A DNA stretch of 32,000 nt from positions 30,001 through 62,000 of the forward strand of contig JBMYVL010000003.1 in assembly GCA_049606355.1 (NCBI GenBank), read 5' to 3'. The notes below the pieces were generated by a model. It did not search any database, was not told where the DNA came from, and was given only the letters and a program-made list of their open reading frames with translations. Position numbers and translations under genes: made by a program. The stretch is from Opitutales bacterium. Its GTDB lineage: Bacteria; Verrucomicrobiota; Verrucomicrobiia; Opitutales; Coraliomargaritaceae. Shown in pieces: positions 18,206 to 26,919 of this stretch. Each line of letters opens with the position of its first letter. Position 1 is the first letter of the stretch.

Positions 18206-18868
18206 TTAAGACTCCGCTACTTCGTCTTCGTGAACTTCGACATCCTCTCGTTCATCCGAGTCATCGAATTCGTCAAAGTCGTCCGCCGACTGATTGTACT
18301 TAAGCGTACGTTTATTCTCGGGCAATGGCGACAGTACCATAGTCACCTGCCGACCCACTAAGCGCGCTTCCATATCCGCAGTGGCAACACCGACTAATTC
18401 ATCCCGTGCCGCATTCACACGCTCCACTCCCAAATTCTTGTGCTCCATCTCGCGACCACGAAACTGCAAGGTCAGCTTTACTTTATTACCATTATACAAA
18501 AAGCCTTCCGCACGGCGCAGTTTCGTCTCAAAATCATGCTGATCGATTCGCACGCGAAACTTAACCTCTTTCATTTTAGTCGTCTGCTGCTTCGTCTCTT
18601 TCTGCTTCTTACTTTCCTCGTAGAGGAACTTACCGAAGTCCAAAATACGACAGACCGGCGGGCGCGCGGCAGGAGAAATTTCAATCAGATCCAAACCGAC
18701 CTTCCGCGCTAAATCGAGCGCCTTCTTGGGTGGCATGACACCGAGGTTGGTTCCCTCAGGTCCGATCACGCGCACCTCAGATGCACGGATACGATCATTA
18801 CGTCTCAGACCTTTGGGTCCACGGTTGCGGTTTTGATAACGTCCGCGTGAGTTCGGGTATTTTGCCAT
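18206..18868 (-). CDS. infC: Translation initiation factor IF-3
   Basis: 220 aa. [13 protein letters not shown]...[25 protein letters not shown] is collinear with E. coli IF3. ATG start. It carries an extra acidic C-terminal tail. Confidence 0.95.
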   Translation of the reverse strand: MAKYPNSRGRYQNRNRGPKGLRRNDRIRASEVRVIGPEGTNLGVMPPKKALDLARKVGLDLIEISPAARPPVCRILDFGKFLYEESKKQKETKQQTTKMKEVKFRVRIDQHDFETKLRRAEGFLYNGNKVKLTLQFRGREMEHKNLGVERVNAARDELVGVATADMEARLVGRQVTMVLSPLPENKRTLKYNQSADDFDEFDDSDEREDVEVHEDEVAES

Positions 18869-18885
18869 TAATGAATATGTCAGTC

Positions 18886-19006
18886 GATCAACTTATATGG
18901 GGATTCTATATTTGAACCACAGAGAAGCGCGGGCGACTTCGTGCCGCCGCAAACGAGCGCTTCATACTTCCAGATAATTAGCTAGGTAAGCCATATAAGA
19001 TTGATT
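18886..19006 (-). promoter_or_regulatory. Nested inverted-repeat element in the intergenic region upstream of infC. Candidates are a leader RNA structure, a terminator or a MITE-like repeat.
   Basis: The outer arms GATCAACTTATATGG (18886-18900) and CCATATAAGaTTGATt (18991-19006) pair over 15 bp with one bulged A and a terminal G-U. The inner hairpin is GAAGCGC (18924-18930) / GCGCTTC (18957-18963). Confidence 0.5.
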
Positions 19007-19053
19007 ACAGTGCAAGGGTCATTCTGGCATTTCAACCATAAACAACAGCTTTA

Positions 19054-19440
19054 TCAGATACTAAAACTTTCCCCACAACTACAACTTGCCGTGGCGTTTG
19101 GATTCGAAAATTTAAAGCCACCACCGACCATTTGATCGGAGTAGTCGAGTTGAGTGCCACGCAGGTACAGGGCACTTTTAGAGTCGACCAAAACCTGCGC
19201 CCCACTGGAACGCACCAGGATGTCTCCACGTTTGGGCTCAGCCACAAACTTCATCTTATAGCTCAAGCCATTACATCCGCCGCCGGTTATTTTAACGCGC
19301 AAAAAGTCCCCTTGCTGCTCTCGCCCGATCAACGCGTTTAGCTTGTCGCCCGCCGCAGCGGTTACTGCGACCAATCGCTCATTACCGACGCGCACACCTT
19401 CGGGAAGCGCATCGCTTTGCTTGGACTTCGAATCATTCAT
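19054..19440 (-). CDS. Iron-sulfur cluster insertion/assembly protein of the HesB/IscA/ErpA family
   Basis: GGGCNGLSYKMKF and a C-terminal CSCGESFSI. The ATG at 19440 is preferred over the listed TTG at 19455. Confidence 0.85.
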   Translation of the reverse strand: MNDSKSKQSDALPEGVRVGNERLVAVTAAAGDKLNALIGREQQGDFLRVKITGGGCNGLSYKMKFVAEPKRGDILVRSSGAQVLVDSKSALYLRGTQLDYSDQMVGGGFKFSNPNATASCSCGESFSI

Positions 19441-19464
19441 TCTTTTCTGTACCAAAGACAGAAA

Positions 19465-20394
19465 TTAATCCCGATTGGCTGTCAACTGCTGCGCGACCGC
19501 TAAAGCTGCGGCAAAACTACCCGCATCGGCGATGCCCTTCCCCGCAAGTTCAAAAGCCGTGCCGTGATCCGGACTGGTGCGTACGAAGTCCAACCCTAGC
19601 GTCACATTGACTGCACTGGAAAACTCCAGTGTTTTTACTGCTGCTAATCCTTGATCGTGATATGCCGCTACCACGACATCAAAATCACCCTGTCGCTGTC
19701 GGAAGAATACGGTATCGCCGGGCAGGCATTTCGAGAGACCGGGCAACTCCGTACGCAAGCGATCCAATTCAGGATCCAGAATGTCGCGCTCCTCAACACC
19801 TAAGATGCCACCCTCACCGGCATGCGGATTCAGCCCGCAGACTCCGATGCGTGGCGAATCAGCACCCAGCCGCCGCGCTAAGGCATCTGCTCGCCGCACC
19901 GCCTGCTCCAATACGGGTGCAGTCAATGCCTGCGGCACCTGAGCCAGAGGTATATGCCAAGTCGCAAGCACAACACAGAGCGACTCACCAACAAATGCCA
20001 TGGTGGGCTGCCCTCCCCATGCTTCCCCGAAAAATTCAGTCTGCCCGGGATGCCGAAATCCAACTTGCTGCAACCAATGCTTACTCACTGGGCCGGAAAC
20101 CACACCGCGATACTGTTTGTCGACGCAACCGCGCGCGGCTTCTTGTAAGGCTGCCAACGCGATCTCCGCTCCTTGCTTCGTTGGCTTGCCTGGTGTGGCT
20201 GTGTACGAATCGGGGCCGACTGGCACGAACCCAATCCCTAACGAATTCGCAACTGGCTCGCCCCATTGGCGAGGTCCAATAATCACATAATCTTGCCGCC
20301 GATCGCTAGCGATCGCTTTTGCAATCACTTCCGGACCCACGCCAGCAGGGTCACCGCAGGGTATCGCCAAAGGTAATGATGGGTCAGGAGTCAT
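19465..20394 (-). CDS. pdxA: 4-hydroxythreonine-4-phosphate dehydrogenase
   Basis: GDPAGVGPEV, NPHAGE, YHDQGL, SPDHGTAF. The ATG at 20394 gives N-terminal spacing like E. coli PdxA and overlaps the lpxA 3' end by 11 nt. The listed ORF starts at 20430. Confidence 0.9.
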   Translation of the reverse strand: MTPDPSLPLAIPCGDPAGVGPEVIAKAIASDRRQDYVIIGPRQWGEPVANSLGIGFVPVGPDSYTATPGKPTKQGAEIALAALQEAARGCVDKQYRGVVSGPVSKHWLQQVGFRHPGQTEFFGEAWGGQPTMAFVGESLCVVLATWHIPLAQVPQALTAPVLEQAVRRADALARRLGADSPRIGVCGLNPHAGEGGILGVEERDILDPELDRLRTELPGLSKCLPGDTVFFRQRQGDFDVVVAAYHDQGLAAVKTLEFSSAVNVTLGLDFVRTSPDHGTAFELAGKGIADAGSFAAALAVAQQLTANRD

Positions 20395-21175
20395 TTCTGG
20401 ATTGAATGAAACCGCGCTGTCCTTCGGCAAAGAATCTCAGAAAGCGTGTGCCCTCCGCAGTCGTGCCCAACTCGCCCCCGTCAAGTGCCAGCGCGGCTTT
20501 CTTGCGGACATTGCCACCACCGAAATACACGGCCCGGTAACAACGTTTTAAATCTGCAATGACTTCGTTTTTCAAATGAGCGCGGCGGAGGCCGACTAAA
20601 TTTAAGCCATGCGCCTGATTTCGTTCCGCACAAAGCAGATAAGGTGGCACGTCCGCGGTCATGGTTGCATTACCCGCAACCATGACACCTGCTCCAAGGC
20701 GGCAAAATTGATGTATCGCTGCTCCGCCGCCGATAAAGGTATGTGCGCCGACTTCTACATGGCCCGCCAGCATCACATTGTTTGCTAATACAACCTTGGC
20801 ATCGAGTTTACAGTCATGTGCGACGTGCGCCTGAGCCATTAGCAGGCACCCCTCTCCGACCACGGTAGCGCCCCCCTCATACATAGAGCGATGCACGGTA
20901 CATCCCTCACGAATTACGACACCTTTGCCGATACGAACGCCACTCGTAAGGGCCCGATCAAAGCTCAACGATTGCGGGTCCCCTCCGACTGCCGCGAAGT
21001 GGTCCACTTGTACCCCGTCCGCCAATACGGCACCGCTTCGAATCACCGCATGCCCGGCAACTTCGCAACGATCGCCCAGCACCACACCGGACTCAATAAG
21101 TGCATAGGGACCAACTCGACAGCCTTCGCCCAGTACGGCATCTTTGGCTATGATCGCTGTAGAGTGTATTTGCAT
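20384..21175 (-). CDS. lpxA: Acyl-ACP--UDP-N-acetylglucosamine O-acyltransferase
   Basis: 263 aa. The N-terminal two thirds consist of left-handed beta-helix hexapeptide repeats, followed by an LpxA-like C-terminal helical domain. Confidence 0.9.
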   Translation of the reverse strand: MQIHSTAIIAKDAVLGEGCRVGPYALIESGVVLGDRCEVAGHAVIRSGAVLADGVQVDHFAAVGGDPQSLSFDRALTSGVRIGKGVVIREGCTVHRSMYEGGATVVGEGCLLMAQAHVAHDCKLDAKVVLANNVMLAGHVEVGAHTFIGGGAAIHQFCRLGAGVMVAGNATMTADVPPYLLCAERNQAHGLNLVGLRRAHLKNEVIADLKRCYRAVYFGGGNVRKKAALALDGGELGTTAEGTRFLRFFAEGQRGFIQSRNDS

Positions 21176-21267
21176 TGTGCTACAAGAGCCTAATTTATAC
21201 GCAAGACAAGCGTGATCCGAAGCGAATTAAACAGAGGTCTTAGCAAATCGATCGCAACCACGAGCAC

Positions 21268-21885
21268 TCACTGAAAAAGTGTCAGTTGCGGGTCTTTCAC
21301 CATATCGTACATCTTCAGTACGCGCATAAGTTGCAGCAGCTCGGACTTTTGATAGCTGTGATTCACTTCCACCTGACGTAGTAGCGATTCCAGTATGGTA
21401 CTAAATGCGACAATTCCATCCACGCCGCACTCCTTGAGAAGTGCAATACTCTCACTGCGTTGTGGCTCACTGGTCGGCAGTCCAGGCAGAACTAAGATCT
21501 TAGCGTACTCTGCTGACTCATTGATCTGCTCTGGCTCACCAGCACTTGTCGCTAAGTTAAAATACGAGTCCGCCTGACTGATCACATCCTTCTTCAAGAA
21601 ATTATACAGCTTGGCACTACTCTTTAAAATGGCTGGAGTAAATCGTGACCTGTGCCAGCCTTTAACAACCACGATCGCTTGACGTATGGTGGCCATATCT
21701 GCTGAAAAAAGTTGGAAGTTACGCAGGGCAGAATTCGCAGGTGCCGCGGGGTTATACACCATCATACTGGTTTCACCACCAGAAAGCTTTTTGACTGACT
21801 GGACCGAATATTTACGCAACTGACGGACCAGAAATCCATTCCATTCAAAATACTCCCGCACGATATTTTCATCAAACCCTGCCAT
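21268..21885 (-). CDS. Hypothetical protein (205 aa from the internal ATG)
   Basis: The listed ORF (to 22074) overlaps the DUF2851 gene by 148 nt. The ATG at 21885 (MAGFDENIVREYFEWNGF...) removes the overlap. I recognise no motif. Confidence 0.55.
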   Translation of the reverse strand: MAGFDENIVREYFEWNGFLVRQLRKYSVQSVKKLSGGETSMMVYNPAAPANSALRNFQLFSADMATIRQAIVVVKGWHRSRFTPAILKSSAKLYNFLKKDVISQADSYFNLATSAGEPEQINESAEYAKILVLPGLPTSEPQRSESIALLKECGVDGIVAFSTILESLLRQVEVNHSYQKSELLQLMRVLKMYDMVKDPQLTLFQ

Positions 21886-21926
21886 CGCATCGATAGTGAA
21901 TGTGAAGCCACCTAGGTCAACCGCGT

Positions 21927-23153
21927 TCAAGCTTTTGCCGCTTTCGCCAGAGACAATCCGAGCATACCTTGAACGTATCCGTTCGTTCGAATGCCGCGAC
22001 CGTTTGCAAAGTCCATTCGCCGCATCAGGGATTGTAAGCGGTTCGGGGTGTCGCCGGCTGGCCAGTGCTGCCAATAGGCCTCCGCATCAATGATCCCCGC
22101 GGCGGTTGCTAAGGGCAGCAAGGCATCCACCATCAAGGTATTGTATCGTCGCGTGCCGATCCGATTCATAAAGATTTGCTCGCGCATATTACGGCAGCGT
22201 GCAGGTAATTCCGTACGCCTCCGAAATACAGAAGTGGTGAAATCGCCATCCAATGGGACCATGCGCTGTAAGTGCTGCGCGATTCGATCCGGCCAATCGG
22301 GGCATCCCGTCACAATCGCCAAATAGTGCTGCAAGCGCCGACGCGGATGGTTATGTGGACGCACTCCGTCCAAGTGCCAAGCAACCGGCGAAGCCAGAAA
22401 CAGCTCCTCAATAGACACCTGATTTTTAACCAGTACCGACAGTGTATACCGTTGAGCGACTGCCGCCATCGGCCCCCGATTACGTGCATAACCCAAGACC
22501 TCCAAACAATACTGATGGCAAGCCTCGGCCCAACCCAAAGCCTCGAAGCGTTGCTTCGCAAAGCGAAGCTTCTCCTGCCAGCGCCGTTGCGCATGCGCTT
22601 CCAAAATAGCTTGCTGGCGAATCGACGGAAGCACCAGAAATGGCTCGGCCCAGTTAAATCCGTCGACCTGCTCGAGTTCGCAAAGTGCCAGATCCAGCGC
22701 ATACGTTTCCAAGTCACGATGCAATACAGGCAACAAGTGGACCTCCTCAGGAACAGTCCCATTTGACGTTCGTGCGACACAAGTATCGCCCGCAGTCGCA
22801 TACAAGATGATGTGCAGACGCACGGCGTCGTAAGCTGGATTAATATGATGCTGGTGTGCATACCAATCACTTGCAGAAAAATGCACCTCTACGTCCCCCG
22901 TCAGCTCAACACCATCGAGAATGAACTGTGCTTCCTTAAAATCCGGACCCGACAGCAAGTTCCAGCGACCCGGGTGTTTTACCTGTAGGCTTTTTCCTGA
23001 AACCGTAGACAAACCCGTGGCCAGGAAGTCCTGCGTGAGCCATATTTTTTGTATGACCCGCTCTGATAAAGTGTACGCCCCGTACCAACCTTGAGCTTGC
23101 TCCACACGAATTGCACCCATCACTTTTAGTTCAAACCGACTGCCTGAGGTCAC
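21927..23153 (-). CDS. DUF2851-family protein
   Basis: 408 aa. IQKIWLTQDF...VKHPGRWNLLSGPDFKEAQF...GDVEVHFSASDWYAHQHH...YDAVRLHIIL matches my recollection of the conserved N-terminal block of DUF2851. The start is GTG at 23153 or ATG at 23120. Confidence 0.7.
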   Translation of the reverse strand: MTSGSRFELKVMGAIRVEQAQGWYGAYTLSERVIQKIWLTQDFLATGLSTVSGKSLQVKHPGRWNLLSGPDFKEAQFILDGVELTGDVEVHFSASDWYAHQHHINPAYDAVRLHIILYATAGDTCVARTSNGTVPEEVHLLPVLHRDLETYALDLALCELEQVDGFNWAEPFLVLPSIRQQAILEAHAQRRWQEKLRFAKQRFEALGWAEACHQYCLEVLGYARNRGPMAAVAQRYTLSVLVKNQVSIEELFLASPVAWHLDGVRPHNHPRRRLQHYLAIVTGCPDWPDRIAQHLQRMVPLDGDFTTSVFRRRTELPARCRNMREQIFMNRIGTRRYNTLMVDALLPLATAAGIIDAEAYWQHWPAGDTPNRLQSLMRRMDFANGRGIRTNGYVQGMLGLSLAKAAKA

Positions 23154-23217
23154 CCCTTATAAACATAAGGCGCGAAGAACAGTAGTGGTACTAAATCCTG
23201 ATGAGGCACACCCCGAA

Positions 23218-23703
23218 CTAAAAATTTAAATCCAATCGATTTTCAAAATTTTTAGCATGGGTGCGACTCCGCCGTTGCGCCATCTGGCTCAGCTGTGCCC
23301 CGCAGGCACGGGCCCATTCAAAAAATTCCTCGGGACGCAGCGCCATGGCACCACTCGCGCGCGTGGCCTCACGCACCAAATTATCATTACTCACCACACT
23401 TACATGCGCTGGGTCACGAACACGGCCAACGATGCGCTCGATCACGCCATCCGCAGTCAGCGCTGAAGGCGCATAGATGTATTCAAAACGTTTTGAACCG
23501 TAGGGATGCTCGACCTGCAGGCGATCGGACCGACTATCCAGAATCAATGCCACTCGTATGCCCTCGGCATCGTGAATATCGCGTGCGATTGCGCCAAGAG
23601 CATCGCGCGCGGAATCCATATTTTCTCGTAAAGCTGCTCTCAAATGCTCCGTCGCGCAAATGACATTATACGCGTCGATCAAAAGGTAGCGTTCAGCGGA
23701 CAT
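23218..23703 (-). CDS. NYN-domain protein, YacP/Rae1-like predicted ribonuclease
   Basis: Starting at ATG 23703 gives MSAERYLLIDAYNVI, the typical YacP N-terminus. The upstream part of the listed ORF (to 23874) overlaps mutM and looks spurious. Confidence 0.7.
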   Translation of the reverse strand: MSAERYLLIDAYNVICATEHLRAALRENMDSARDALGAIARDIHDAEGIRVALILDSRSDRLQVEHPYGSKRFEYIYAPSALTADGVIERIVGRVRDPAHVSVVSNDNLVREATRASGAMALRPEEFFEWARACGAQLSQMAQRRSRTHAKNFENRLDLNF

Positions 23704-23801
23704 CGTTAAACTGAAATCCAGCACCGCATCCAAGTCAAGTAACGCGACACGGTAAAGACACCCGTGAGCCAAGATGGGGAGATCACTTGGAACCTGAGGT
23801 C

Positions 23802-24614
23802 TCAGTGTTGGCACTGCGAACACCAAAAACTGTTGCGCTGACCAATCAGTGCGCTGCGTATGCGTGACCCACAATTCGGGCAGGGTTTGCCAGACCGACC
23901 ATAAACATTTAATTCAATACGAAAGTAGCCCGGTTGACCCGTAGCACCGACAAAGTCACGTAAGGTGGTCCCTCCCTGTTGAATCGCTTTTCGCAAGACC
24001 GATTGAATGGCCTCGGCAAGCCGATCATAACGAACGCGGCTGATGCGCCCTGCCGCGCGACGCGGGTCCACGCCCACGGCAAACAAAGCTTCATTGGCAT
24101 AAATATTACCCACACCAACGACGACCGCATTATTCATAATAAAGTTCTTAACGGCAACCGTTCGACCTCGGGATAATTGATACAAACGTGCGCCATCAAA
24201 AGCATTCGTGAGTGGCTCCGGCCCTAGATGCTTAAAGAGAGATAATTGCGGGCCGTTTGGCGGCTGCCAAAGGCAAGCACCGAAACGGCGTGGGTCGTTG
24301 AAGCGCAGACAATTCCCATCGTCCAAAACGATATCAAGGTGGTCATGTTTCCCGATCGGGGCAGCTGAGGCTTGAATGGTTAAGGTACCGGACATCCCTA
24401 AATGCATGACAATCGTCCCCGCTGAAGTTTCAATCAGGAGGTATTTGGCCCTACGTTCGACAGCCTCAATCGTAAACCCAACGGCAGTCTGTACAGATGC
24501 CGGAACTGGCCAGCGCAATTGAGCTTGCCGCACAACAATCGCAGTAATTCGGCGACGTAAAACATGTGGTGCGATTCCGCGACGTGTGGTTTCAACTTCT
24601 GGAAGCTCCGGCAT
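23802..24614 (-). CDS. mutM: Formamidopyrimidine-DNA glycosylase
   Basis: The canonical N-terminus MPELPEVET requires a start at 24614. C-terminal zinc finger CPNCGSRI...FWCSQCQ. Confidence 0.95.
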   Translation of the reverse strand: MPELPEVETTRRGIAPHVLRRRITAIVVRQAQLRWPVPASVQTAVGFTIEAVERRAKYLLIETSAGTIVMHLGMSGTLTIQASAAPIGKHDHLDIVLDDGNCLRFNDPRRFGACLWQPPNGPQLSLFKHLGPEPLTNAFDGARLYQLSRGRTVAVKNFIMNNAVVVGVGNIYANEALFAVGVDPRRAAGRISRVRYDRLAEAIQSVLRKAIQQGGTTLRDFVGATGQPGYFRIELNVYGRSGKPCPNCGSRIRSALIGQRNSFWCSQCQH

Positions 24615-24703
24615 GAACTCAATCAACTGCGATCTGAGCCTGAGTAAAGCGCCATCGAAGGTATTCCAATGTAATGGATCTAGAACAACAACGATAGATC
24701 ACT

Positions 24704-25426
24704 ATGGAAATGACTCAAGCAACCAACCAAACTGTGGTTATTGGTGGAATCACTGGCGGAATCGGCTCTTCACTCGACCGGCAACTACGTGCACGCGGCG
24801 CTACAGTCGTCGGCTACGCTCGCCATGGCGAGCATTCCTGCGATGCCACGGATGCAGTCGCTCTCGAACGCTACTTCAAAGACTGCTTTGAAACTCAAGG
24901 GCGTATTGATGCATATGTACATGCGATCGGATCGATCTACTTAAAGGCCGCTCATTTAACCGCTCCCGAGGACTGGCTCGCCGTCATCCAACAAAATTTA
25001 AATAGCGCATTTTATGCACTGCGTGCCGTTGTGCCTGGCATGGTCAAACAGGGCGGCGGCAGTCTGTTGTTTTTCAGTTCAGTTGCCGCCCAAGCGGGCC
25101 TCGCCAACCATGAAGCGATCGCTGCGGCGAAGGGAGGCCTAGAAGCCATGGTTCGCTCCGCCGCCGCAACTTATGCACCGCGTGGCATACGTATCAATGC
25201 GATCGCCCCCAGCTTAACCGATACACCCTTAAGCAAGGCTATTACCGGAAGCCCACAAGCGCTTGCCTTCACCCAAAAGATGCACCCACTCGGGGCGATC
25301 AACACCGCCGATGCCGTCGCAAATATGGCGGCATGGTTGTTAAGCGATGCAGCGAGCCAAGTAACCGGCCAGATCTTTGTGATCGATGGCGGCCTGTCAT
25401 CGATCGTACCGAAACCAAAAGCATGA
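24704..25426 (+). CDS. Short-chain dehydrogenase/reductase-family protein, atypical because no catalytic Tyr is evident
   Basis: 240 aa. Cofactor motif IGGITGGIGS and GIRINAIAPS. The expected YxxxK position reads IAAAK. Confidence 0.75.
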   Translation: MEMTQATNQTVVIGGITGGIGSSLDRQLRARGATVVGYARHGEHSCDATDAVALERYFKDCFETQGRIDAYVHAIGSIYLKAAHLTAPEDWLAVIQQNLNSAFYALRAVVPGMVKQGGGSLLFFSSVAAQAGLANHEAIAAAKGGLEAMVRSAAATYAPRGIRINAIAPSLTDTPLSKAITGSPQALAFTQKMHPLGAINTADAVANMAAWLLSDAASQVTGQIFVIDGGLSSIVPKPKA

Positions 25427-25971
25427 TGGGCTTCCCTCGCTGCGCTCGCACCTTCATGCTGTGCAGCTTGTGCATCGTATGGATGCCACCATTGCTACCT
25501 GCAGAACCGATTGGAGGCCTCGAAAAGATTGGAGGGTATCGCTACGTCTATCGAATGCTATTTAAAGTGTACGATGTCGAACTGCATGCGCTCCAACCGA
25601 GCGGGGCGAAGGCATTATTATCCGGCGAGCACCCCTTCGAACTGCGTTTTTATTATCACCGCCGCATTGAAAGATCTGCATTTATTCGAGTGGCAAATCG
25701 ATTACTGAATAAAAACCTAACGAGCTCAGAGTTAGAGTCTATCGCTGCCTCAGTCGAGGCCTTGCATGCTGCTTATCGCTCAGTCAAAAAAGGTGATCGT
25801 TCGGTACTGCGCTATATTCCGGGAAATGGCACCACCCTATCGATTAACGACCATGAGCGGGTCACCTTAACCGATCCTGACGCTCGCCTGTACTTCAAGA
25901 TTTGGATCGGCGCTCAACCGATTTCGAAAACAATGCGCGAGGCACTGCTGGGCCGACGGCCACCATCTTAG
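25423..25971 (+). CDS. Chalcone-isomerase-like (fatty-acid-binding-like) family protein, probably secreted
   Basis: Starting at ATG 25423 gives MMGFPRCARTFMLCSLCIVWMPPLLPA, which looks like a signal peptide. The overall pattern KVYDVELH...ELRFYYHRRIERSAF...YFKIWIGAQPIS...LLG resembles CHI-like proteins. The start overlaps the SDR stop as ATGA. Confidence 0.55.
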   Translation: MMGFPRCARTFMLCSLCIVWMPPLLPAEPIGGLEKIGGYRYVYRMLFKVYDVELHALQPSGAKALLSGEHPFELRFYYHRRIERSAFIRVANRLLNKNLTSSELESIAASVEALHAAYRSVKKGDRSVLRYIPGNGTTLSINDHERVTLTDPDARLYFKIWIGAQPISKTMREALLGRRPPS

Positions 25972-25984
25972 CACGCCACAACCC

Positions 25985-26629
25985 CTAACGCTGCATCCAA
26001 TCTAAATTCAAACGATTGGTCGGCTTCTTTTTCGGCTTCTTCGGCAATTGGCGATCGATCCATTGCAGCAATAGACCGCGCCCCTTTTTAGTCTTCGCCG
26101 AACAATAAAAAATTTCCGTTGGCTGCAGTGCCCATGCTTCCAACTCCTCAACAAAACGCTGTGCATGATTCGCCACTTGAATTTCAGAACTACGGTCGGT
26201 TTTGGTAAAAATTATTGAGTAAGACAAGCCACACTGCTGCAACCACTCCGCGAAGGACAAGTCACCCCCCTGTGGTTCGATTTGCGAGTCCACCAACAGA
26301 AAGATATGTTTCAAATTGGTCCGTTCTGTCAGGTAGGCACTAATATCTCGATTGAATGCCTGCTGCTTACTTTTCGAAAGCTTCGCATAGCCGTATCCGG
26401 GGAGATCTACTAAATGCCAAGCCTGATTGATCTTAAAAAAATTAATCAACTGAGTCTTCCCCGGCTTACTCGATGTATGCGCCAATTCTTTCTTGGCCGC
26501 CAACATGTTAATCAGCGAAGACTTCCCGACATTGGAGCGACCAATAAATGCAAACTCCGGCAAACTGGATGCGGGGCAAGCTTCCAAATCCTTGGCACTG
26601 ATAACAAATTGGGCAGTATCCACTTTCAT
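25985..26629 (-). CDS. engB: Ribosome biogenesis GTP-binding protein YsxC/YihA (EngB)
   Basis: 214 aa. G1 GRSNVGKSSLIN, G3 DLPGYG, G4 TKTD. Confidence 0.9.
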   Translation of the reverse strand: MKVDTAQFVISAKDLEACPASSLPEFAFIGRSNVGKSSLINMLAAKKELAHTSSKPGKTQLINFFKINQAWHLVDLPGYGYAKLSKSKQQAFNRDISAYLTERTNLKHIFLLVDSQIEPQGGDLSFAEWLQQCGLSYSIIFTKTDRSSEIQVANHAQRFVEELEAWALQPTEIFYCSAKTKKGRGLLLQWIDRQLPKKPKKKPTNRLNLDWMQR

Positions 26630-26698
26630 TCAAGGGGGACTCAATCGCATTGCACGCTTTAGGTAAAGACCACTCTAGCAAAACTGCATACGCATCAA

Positions 26699-26914
26699 TC
26701 AGTAGTGCGGTGGCCTTTCATTGTCCGCAGCGGAACTGCCACTGGTGCGTTCATTCAAAGCCTTCAGCTGTACTGCCTGTTGTTGCAGGAGCTCAGCCAT
26801 ACGGTCCATGCGCTGCGCGAATTTATACATCTCGGCGTCTTGCTCCTCGATGTGGCGTTGCAGGTGCGCGACCTGAGCTTGTAGCTCAACAATTGATTCT
26901 GATTCAGCCATCAT
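26699..26914 (-). CDS. slyX: SlyX-family coiled-coil protein
   Basis: 71 aa. [20 protein letters not shown]...LLQQQ...QLKAL has the heptad pattern typical of SlyX. Confidence 0.7.
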   Translation of the reverse strand: MMAESESIVELQAQVAHLQRHIEEQDAEMYKFAQRMDRMAELLQQQAVQLKALNERTSGSSAADNERPPHY

Positions 26915-26919
26915 TTCCT

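Noticed and set aside
21886-22074. N-terminal extensions in the ORF track that create large gene overlaps. These are 21886-22074, 23704-23874, 17168-17257 and 12433-12495.
   Set aside because: In each case an internal ATG gives the family-typical N-terminus or a signal peptide (MPELPEVET-type logic, LLIDAYNV, MKARLIAS..., the Rossmann GxGxxG). It also removes the overlap with the upstream gene.
23155-23170. Hairpin CCTTAT-AAAC-ATAAGG just upstream of the DUF2851 start
   Set aside because: The 6-bp stem is AT-rich and has no U-tract. It could easily arise by chance in an AT-rich intergenic spacer.
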